Below, in pieces: positions 1-5,165 of a stretch of 5,165 nt of DNA (position 1 is its first letter; every line of letters starts with the position of its first letter). The notes under the pieces were generated by a model, which made no database searches, had not been told where the DNA came from, and worked only from the letters and a program-made list of their open reading frames with translations. Source of the DNA: Chlorokybus atmophyticus (Eukaryota > Plantae > Mesostigma and Chlorokybus algae). The position numbers were made by a program, and so were the translations under genes. Location: NCBI GenBank assembly GCA_009103225.1, contig RHPI01001065.1, positions 11,930-17,094 of the forward strand. Reading direction: 5' to 3'.

Positions 1-282
1 GGCATCACCCTGTGATTAAGCCCCCTTCTTGCTCACTTTCTTGCCCCCTTCTTGCCTGTGCCACCTGCTTTCGCTGCTAACCAGCAGGAAGTGGAGGTGT
101 TCTTCCAGGTGACATGACAGGAGCTTGACATGACAGGATAGAGGAAAGACAATCTCGTAGTCTTTGTACAGGATAGAGTGTGTTAGCTCTAGCTGCCTGT
201 CTGCGTGTGTTGAAGGATTGCAGCAAAATGCAATCACCCACATCTGCCTGTCGTTGTATGCTTAGGATCATCCCGACTGCAC

Positions 283-302
283 GCGGGTTCACTGCGAACG
301 CA
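283..302 (+). repeat. Dispersed 20-nt motif GCGGGTTCACTGCGAACGCA (copy 1 of 3)
   Basis: Exact reverse complement at 921-940; 18/20 direct copy at 788-807. Confidence 0.9.
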
Positions 303-353
303 CCGCTTTGGGAGCCTTGCTGGCTGCTGTTTGTATGCAGTCACGGCACACAG

Positions 354-476
354 GTAAGTGTGACAGCACTTGTAGAGTGGAGGTGGTAACAGAAGTCCGC
401 AGTAAGTCATGAGGTATGCATCGCTCTCGTGCATATACTAACTGTGATTGCATTTCACCTTCTCAACCACCTCCAG
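354..476 (+). other. Probable + strand intron of an unidentified transcript (alternative donors at 354, 402, 414)
   Basis: CAG|GTAAGT at 354, GTAAGT at 402, GAG|GTATGC at 414; perfect TACTAAC branch point at 436-442; pyrimidine tract ending in CAG at 474-476. Confidence 0.55.
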
Positions 477-590
477 CCTCTGCATGGAACTTGTTGGTCG
501 CGATCTGCTCCAGGGCTTTTGGATGGACGGCGGTTGTACCTGCCGCTGGGGTTGGGTTGCTGTTTGTGATATGGCAACTCAGGCTGGCAG

Positions 591-628
591 TCCTTCTCCC
601 CCCACCCACCCGAGAGAACACCTCTTGC
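591..628 (+). repeat. Direct repeat of the foldback's outer arm
   Basis: 591-628 vs 752-789: 32/38 identical (TCCTTCTCC-CCCACCCACCCGA...ACCTC). Confidence 0.85.
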
Positions 629-642
629 TGCTGTTGACATGC

Positions 643-673
643 CGCCCTCGTACTGGCACGCCCTCGTACTGGC
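643..673. repeat. Short tandem duplication (CGCCCTCGTACTGGC x2, 16-nt period)
   Basis: 643-657 identical to 659-673. Confidence 0.9.
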
Positions 674-757
674 CCCGGCAACCGCTGAAACCGGGCATGT
701 GTCCAAAGATTGCACGCAACCAAAGGCATGCGCACAGCAACTTAGAAGTTCTCCTTC

Positions 758-966
758 TCCGCCCACCCACCCGACACAAAACCTCCTACGGGTTTACTGC
801 GAACGCAGGATGTGGTCCTGCAGAGCCGTCTCGCGCAAGTCACGTACTGTAGACTTTGTGCACATGCTTAGAGCCTCTGGTTCATGACTTTTGCGAGTCA
901 GCTTTGGTTGGACCATACCCTGCGTTCGCAGTGAACCCGCAGGAGGTCTAGTCTCGGGTGGGCGGA
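758..966. repeat. Long imperfect inverted repeat / foldback (~210 bp)
   Basis: 758-818 vs the reverse complement of 910-966: 50/57 identical plus a 4-nt indel. Inner 822-847 vs the reverse complement of 880-905: 19/26 (hand alignment). Confidence 0.9.
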
Positions 967-1073
967 CGGCGCAACAGGGCATGAAGGTGCTCTGGAAGAG
1001 ACCCTGCCCAGCAGGTCAGTCTTTCCCGTGCTGGCAAACAGAGGCATCCTCGTGATTAAGACCTCTTGCTGAC

Positions 1074-1079
1074 TTTATT
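1074..1079 (-). terminator. Candidate polyadenylation signal (AATAAA) for the MTase gene
   Basis: TTTATT on the + strand, ~75 nt downstream of the MTase stop codon. Confidence 0.4.
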
Positions 1080-1153
1080 GGGTCGCTCATTCTGTTGTTG
1101 GGTTTGAGTTCAGGCTAACAAAGTGGCCAGCAATCAAGAGCTACCTCTACCTT

Positions 1154-2315
1154 TCAGTAAAAAGGAGGGTAATCAACAGTGAAGCCTATTGCTTCCAGCA
1201 ACAGCCTGCCTACATGTTCAGAGTAAGTTGGTGGAATGGCATTCTTGACTTCCGATTCCGCATCCATCCACTCCACCTGCATGGCAGACTGCCACCCTGC
1301 AATCGTGCCACGGCAGGATGCTTGGCCGTACACCGGGTAAATTTGCCTCTCCCCAGGTAGCAACTGCCGGCGCTGCTCCGGGTGGGTGGCCAGCTCTCCA
1401 AGTGCACAACCAGTGTGGTTGCATTTCAAGTCTGAGTGCAGTGGAGGGTTTGTCTCGAAGATGCGATGACGATACACATCCAACTTGAACATGGTGCCAC
1501 ACAGCTTCAGGTGAGTTGTCATGTGTCCTGATGCGCCTGCGACATTCTCTATCACCCATGGCTTGCCGCTCAACTGCAACTTGGCTCTTATGGGGTCAAT
1601 CAGGTTGACGTGCTCCCATCGATTGCCGTACGCGGAGCGCTGTGTAGTGGGAATGGCCCCACTTAGAGCTTGACATGGAGGACTTGCCCACACCGCAGCG
1701 TATGCTGTCGGGTCAGCGTCCATTGCATCCATCTGGCAGAACTTGAATGGGTATGACGGTTGTGGCTTGTTGTCGATGCCCTCAACATCAAACCCTGCCC
1801 TGTACAGACCCATGGCTACACCACCAGCGCCGCAAAAGAGATCCAGTGCGCGCGGCCTGCAACGTCTTCCGTTTGAGTCTATTGTTGTGCGTGTGATCAG
1901 AAGGGGTGGGGACTTGGGCCATCGATCGAGCTCTCCACCAGGCAAGTCTTGCAGTTTCAGACAGCTTTGACCACCAACACGAACCATTACGTCGTAACCC
2001 TTACGCACAGCTGCCATGTTCCAGTTCTTTATCAAGATGTGGTGCAGCCGTGAGTCCTCAACGAAATCGTCGTACTTGATGGTATGTTTTCCTGAGCCAC
2101 ATGTTTGCCTGAGCCGGTGCTTGCATGAGCGTGCGCATGTAAATACTCTGCAGTATACCTGTGTTGGCATCAAAAGTGATGATGTGGCCTGCATACCAGG
2201 AGCTCATTCCTGGCCAGTACACCACAACGCGGCATGCTACCAAAGACTGCCCCTCATCAACAATCTCCTTCCGCCAAGCAGCCAGTGTCGCGACATCGTC
2301 GACAACCGCGTTCCC
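1154..2315 (-). CDS. Tudor-domain-fused C5 cytosine DNA methyltransferase; exons 2315-2159 and 2091-1154 (alternative in-frame ATG at 2324)
   Basis: Motif I RALDLFCGAGG (R codon at 1852), catalytic motif IV SPPCQ (Cys codon 1675-1673), motif VI VIENV, motif VIII YRHRIF, motif X NAIPPTYSEHVG; stop TGA 1156-1154. Splicing out 2158-2092 (ACAG|GTATAC...GGCTCAG|GA) yields the Tudor-like LVACRVVVYWPGMSSWYAGHIITFDANTG-KHTIKYDD in frame with the MTase. The first 34 aa of the 346-aa track ORF are probably not real (intron plus out-of-frame exon). Confidence 0.88.
2092..2158 (-). other. Spliceosomal intron (67 nt) within the Tudor domain coding sequence
   Basis: GT...AG, phase 1. Removal restores the continuous Tudor pattern (...FDANTG-KHTIKYDD). 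Confidence 0.85.
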
Positions 2316-2991
2316 CTTTGGCATTCAAGAGTAAGTTGGTCATGCATGCAAGCGCTGTTTTGCTGTTTGCAAGGACAGTTCAACTCGACAACCGCCAAGC
2401 AGCCAGTGTCGCGACATCGTCGACAACCGCGTTCCCCTTTGGCATTCAGGAGTAAGTTGGTCATGCATGCAAGCGCTGTTTTGCTGTTTGCAAGGACAGT
2501 TCAACTCGACAACCGCCAAGCAGCCAGTGTCGCGACATCGTCGACAACCGCGTTCCCCTTTGGCATTCAAGAGTAAGTTGGTCATGCATGCAAGCGCTGT
2601 TTTGCTGTTTGCAAGGACAGTTCAACTCGACAACCGCCAAGCAGCCAGTGTCGCGACATCGTCGACAACCGCGTTCCCCTTTGGCATTCAAGAGTAAGTT
2701 GGTCATGCATGCAAGCGCTGTTTTGCTGTTTGCAAGGACAGTTCAACTCGACAACCGCCAAGCAGCCAGTGTCGCGACATCGTCGACAACCGCGTTCCCC
2801 TTTGGCATTCAAGAGTAAGTTGGTCATGCATGCAAGCGCTGTTTTGCTGTTTGCAAGGACAGTTCAACTCGACAACCGCCAAGCAGCCAGTGTCGCGACA
2901 TCGTCGACAACCGCGTTCCCCTTTGGCATTCAAGAGTAAGTTGGTCATGCATGCAAGCGCTGTTTTGCTGTTTGCAAGGACAGTTCAACTC
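2271..2991. repeat. Tandem array, 121-bp unit, 5 full copies plus 116/121 nt
   Basis: Units start at 2271, 2392, 2513, 2634, 2755 and 2876. The only difference I saw is A>G at 2449. Confidence 0.98.
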
Positions 2992-2993
2992 AC

Positions 2994-3398
2994 CCTGTTG
3001 TTGACATCGTCTTCGATTACAGTGGACTTGCCGCGACCGTTGCGCACGAGCTGACGTCGAACCACATTGCACATCTCCCCATCGCGATATGCTCCAGGCC
3101 GTGCCCAAGGCAGGTGATTCATGGGCTCGCCGTCCCACTCAAAATTGGAAAGCGAGCACTGCAGGCAAGTGCACTCCTCCCAAAAGAAATCTGGCCTCAT
3201 GCATTGTGCCAGCAGTCTGCATTGCCTCACATTGTCCCCCCTTGCCTTGTGGTGCCAGCAGGCTTCATAGAAGCCATACTGCTCACTGTACAGCTNTCTG
3301 TACAGCTTGCACTTCTCTTGATGCTGTTGCAGACGTCTGTTGTTGCCATTCCTAACCAAGTATGCTTTGCAGAAGCTACACACTTTGACGCCGCGCAT
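2994..3398 (-). CDS. Probable first exon of the Tudor-MTase gene; Cys/His-rich, with a C2HC (BED-like) zinc finger
   Basis: ATG 3398. VKVCSFCKAYLVRNGNNRRLQQHQEKC fits CxxC...HxxxC, and a CTCLQC motif follows. The frame ends at a consensus phase-0 donor AACAGG|GTGAGT (GT 2993-2992) just before the stop, matching the phase-0 acceptor CCAAAG|GGGAAC. Contains the N at 3296. Confidence 0.55.
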
Positions 3399-3563
3399 GC
3401 TGGCGCCACGCTACCTGGCACACAAACCCTAGAAGCTAATGCACTGGACGGAAGAAGAAAAGGAGCATGTACGCAAATTGTGGAGCATATCCGGATTGAC
3501 TTTCTGGCTTGTTTTGAATCGGGATTGGATGTGTCCTAAACCCTTAATTTACGGTAGGCAGTC
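3399..3563. promoter_or_regulatory. Putative bidirectional promoter region between the divergent genes
   Basis: Inferred from head-to-head ATGs at 3398 (-) and 3689 (+). Telo-box-like AAACCCTA at 3424-3431 and CCTAAACCCT at 3535-3544. Confidence 0.3.
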
Positions 3564-3611
3564 ATGACGGTGGCGACGGCGGCGGTGTCAGCGGCGGCAG
3601 CGTGCCTGCAG

Positions 3612-3687
3612 GTCTTTGCTTTGGCTGTATGGAAGTTGATTGGAAGTTGCTTGCAATATGTTGGCTGACTGCTTTTTATGTTTGTAG
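3612..3687 (+). other. Probable 5'-UTR intron (76 nt) of the transposase transcript
   Basis: GCAG|GT donor, GCTGAC branch-like motif at 3664-3669, TTTGTAG acceptor one base before ATG 3689; length matches the other introns. Confidence 0.55.
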
Positions 3688-3688
3688 C

Positions 3689-5165
3689 ATGAGCTACTTT
3701 CGCAGGTGTTTTTGCCGCGACTGCAAAGGGAGCAAAGTGTTCACACACAACCACATTAGACGGGCTGAATATCATGAAAACTTTGGCAAAAACATGTGGT
3801 GTGGCACTCCAGAAGCTGTTGCTCCTGAATACCGTGATCGACTACAACCCCATGAACTTGAAGAAGCTGATGCTGCTGTTGCTGCTGCATCCTTACACAT
3901 GTCGTCAGGTACGAGAGCAACTTCTCTACAGCTGTGAATCTATACAACAGGCTGTCTGATCATTGATCTGGCTTGCCCCAGGTGAAGCTCTCCATGACAC
4001 CGAACAATTGCTAGTTGGGAACGACGCTACTGAACATGTTGACACAGGCACGCCGTTGCAACCGAGTGTTGAATCTCCTTTCAATGTTGCAGCCAACTTG
4101 CAACCAGCAGGTACGACCTGACTTGCGTGGCATGTTGACATTGCTGATGCTGTGCCTCTCATTGTTCATGTGCCACTAGACTCATTGCAGCTGGCAGGTT
4201 GTAATCCGTGTGCTCATGAAGGACAATGTGCTTATGGAGAACAACACGGATCTCACCCAGCATTTTGTGGAATTGAGAATGCTACATTGCAAGAGCATCA
4301 AGGTGCCAGAACCAAATCCACAAATGGACAAGTAGAGCCTGAGACGCCAGTGCACTGCACCTCCACTGCTGAGCAAGTCGATGCGGAGCAAGGTGATGCG
4401 GAGCAAGGTGATGTTGCCGGCGAAGACCAAGACTATGAAACCGATGTGGAATCGCAGCCGGACGAGGCTAAATGCGTTGATGATGCCATGCTACTTGACA
4501 AGGTGAATGCTGCGTTGCTGGATAATGCAAGCAACCCTGTTGTTTTCGGCTCTCGTACAACCCCTCTAGGCATTTCCATGCTGCTATTGGTTCTGGCGCA
4601 GCTACATCGAATACCCTTCAATTTCATGAATCAACTGCTCAGGTTGGTGGGCAAATTACACTGCTGACTGCTGAAACATCAGCCTGTTCAGAACTGATGT
4701 GTTTTTGTGTGCCAGGTTGTTGCGTGGCATCCTCTTGCCTAAGGAGAATAAGATGCCAGGCAGCATGCACGAGCTATTGAAATGCCTTGAAGGCCTCAAC
4801 ATGGGCTTCCACACATATGATGCCTGTCGCTGTGATCACATGTTGTATTGTGGCCGACATGCCAACAGGATACTTTGCAAAGGTGAGCAATTGTTGCAAA
4901 TGTTCACTACAATGGGATTTGATTAGCATGTCCCATCAGCATACGACTTGCTTATGCAGTCTGCAAGGCCCCTCGCTACCGCAACATAGGAGGTAGACAA
5001 GTTGCATGGAGGATTGGGCGTTACTTTGACGTGCCTGCTGCGCTGAGGGCTATGTACCTAAAACCTAGTGTTGCTGCGGTGATGATGGCGCACACAAATC
5101 GAAGTCAGGATGGGATTATGCGATCTATACACGGTAACATTGCCAAGTTCAGTGGTAAATGAGGC
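3689..5165 (+). CDS. CACTA/En-Spm superfamily transposase (TnpD-like), spliced, 3'-truncated by the window; exons 3689-3908, 3982-4110, 4180-4642, 4716-4882, 4960-5133
   Basis: GT-AG introns of 73, 69, 73 and 77 nt join the frames with matching phases (1,1,2,1). The N-terminus MSYFRRCFCRDCKG...HIRR...F resembles the transposase-associated CxCxxC domain. The spliced region LLRGILLPKENKMPGSMHELLKCLEGLNMGFHTYDACRCDHMLY...CKVCKAPRY...YFDVPAALRAMY...MMAH...DGIMRSIH follows the En/Spm pattern LLP-x-N-x-LP...AC...C-x-LY...CxxC-x3-RY...YFP...RL...WH...DG-x-MRHP. Exon 4960-5133 is missing from the ORF track. A further donor at 5134 is needed to avoid TGA 5160-5162. The catalytic DDE region lies outside the window. 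Confidence 0.88.
4380..4409 (+). repeat. In-frame 15-bp duplication (DAEQG x2) in the acidic linker of the transposase
   Basis: GATGCGGAGCAAGGT x2. Confidence 0.9.

Larger units (their letters stand above)
3564..5165 (+). mobile_element. CACTA/En-Spm DNA transposon (minimum extent; may extend across the whole window)
   Basis: Defined by the transposase gene. No TIR or target-site duplication could be identified in the window. Confidence 0.75.

Noticed and set aside
290-294. CACTG (and CAGTG at 929-933) as CACTA element termini
   Set aside because: They lie inside the repeated 20-nt motif, and I saw no flanking 3-bp TSD or matching terminal structure.
16-982. ORFs in the left region (e.g. 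448-852, 416-637) as proteins
   Set aside because: They overlap on both strands, run through the repeats, and show no recognisable motif; the hydrophobic stretch in 416-637 alone is insufficient.
2092-2194. N-terminal 34 aa of the 346-aa track ORF as the MTase start
   Set aside because: The region is better explained as the 67-nt intron plus the Tudor exon in another frame.
1154-2194. Bacterial restriction-modification system or bacterial contamination
   Set aside because: No restriction endonuclease is nearby; the MTase is joined to a eukaryotic Tudor exon by a spliceosomal intron and neighbours an intron-rich eukaryotic transposase.
2331-2373. + strand GTAAGT...GCAAG in each repeat unit, leaving 78-nt in-frame exons
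   Set aside because: A 43-nt intron is well below the local 67-77 nt range, the peptide is unrecognisable, and it is antisense to a well-supported gene.
2234-2948. Series of 73-81 aa ORFs on both strands (MTNLLLNAKG..., MQALFCCLQG...)
   Set aside because: They are by-products of the 121-bp periodicity, with no recognisable domain.
2271-2991. Array as a CRISPR locus
   Set aside because: Units are contiguous and identical with no unique spacers, there are no cas genes, and the context is eukaryotic and intron-containing.
3089-3539. + strand ORFs 3089-3355 and 3114-3539
   Set aside because: They are antisense shadows of the better-supported - strand Cys/His exon.

Overview
Eukaryotic DNA with uniformly short (67-77 nt) GT-AG introns, which the ORF track fragments. 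On the + strand (3689 to the window end) is the 5' part of a spliced CACTA/En-Spm (TnpD-like) transposase. Head-to-head with it on the - strand is a gene encoding a Tudor domain spliced in frame to an intronless, prokaryote/phage-like C5 cytosine DNA methyltransferase with intact catalytic motifs, probably preceded by a Cys/His zinc-finger exon (~499 aa in total). A near-perfect 121-bp x ~6 tandem array (2271-2991) multiplies the 3' splice site of this gene's first intron and may switch it off. Left of the methyltransferase is ~1.1 kb of modular direct and inverted repeats, including a ~210-bp foldback and a 20-nt motif in three copies, resembling a CACTA subterminal region. Best hypothesis: a DNA transposon carrying its own chromatin-reader-fused DNA methyltransferase. 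Element termini are not visible, and a single N at 3296 may be a scaffold join. All family assignments come from motif recognition by eye, not database searches.
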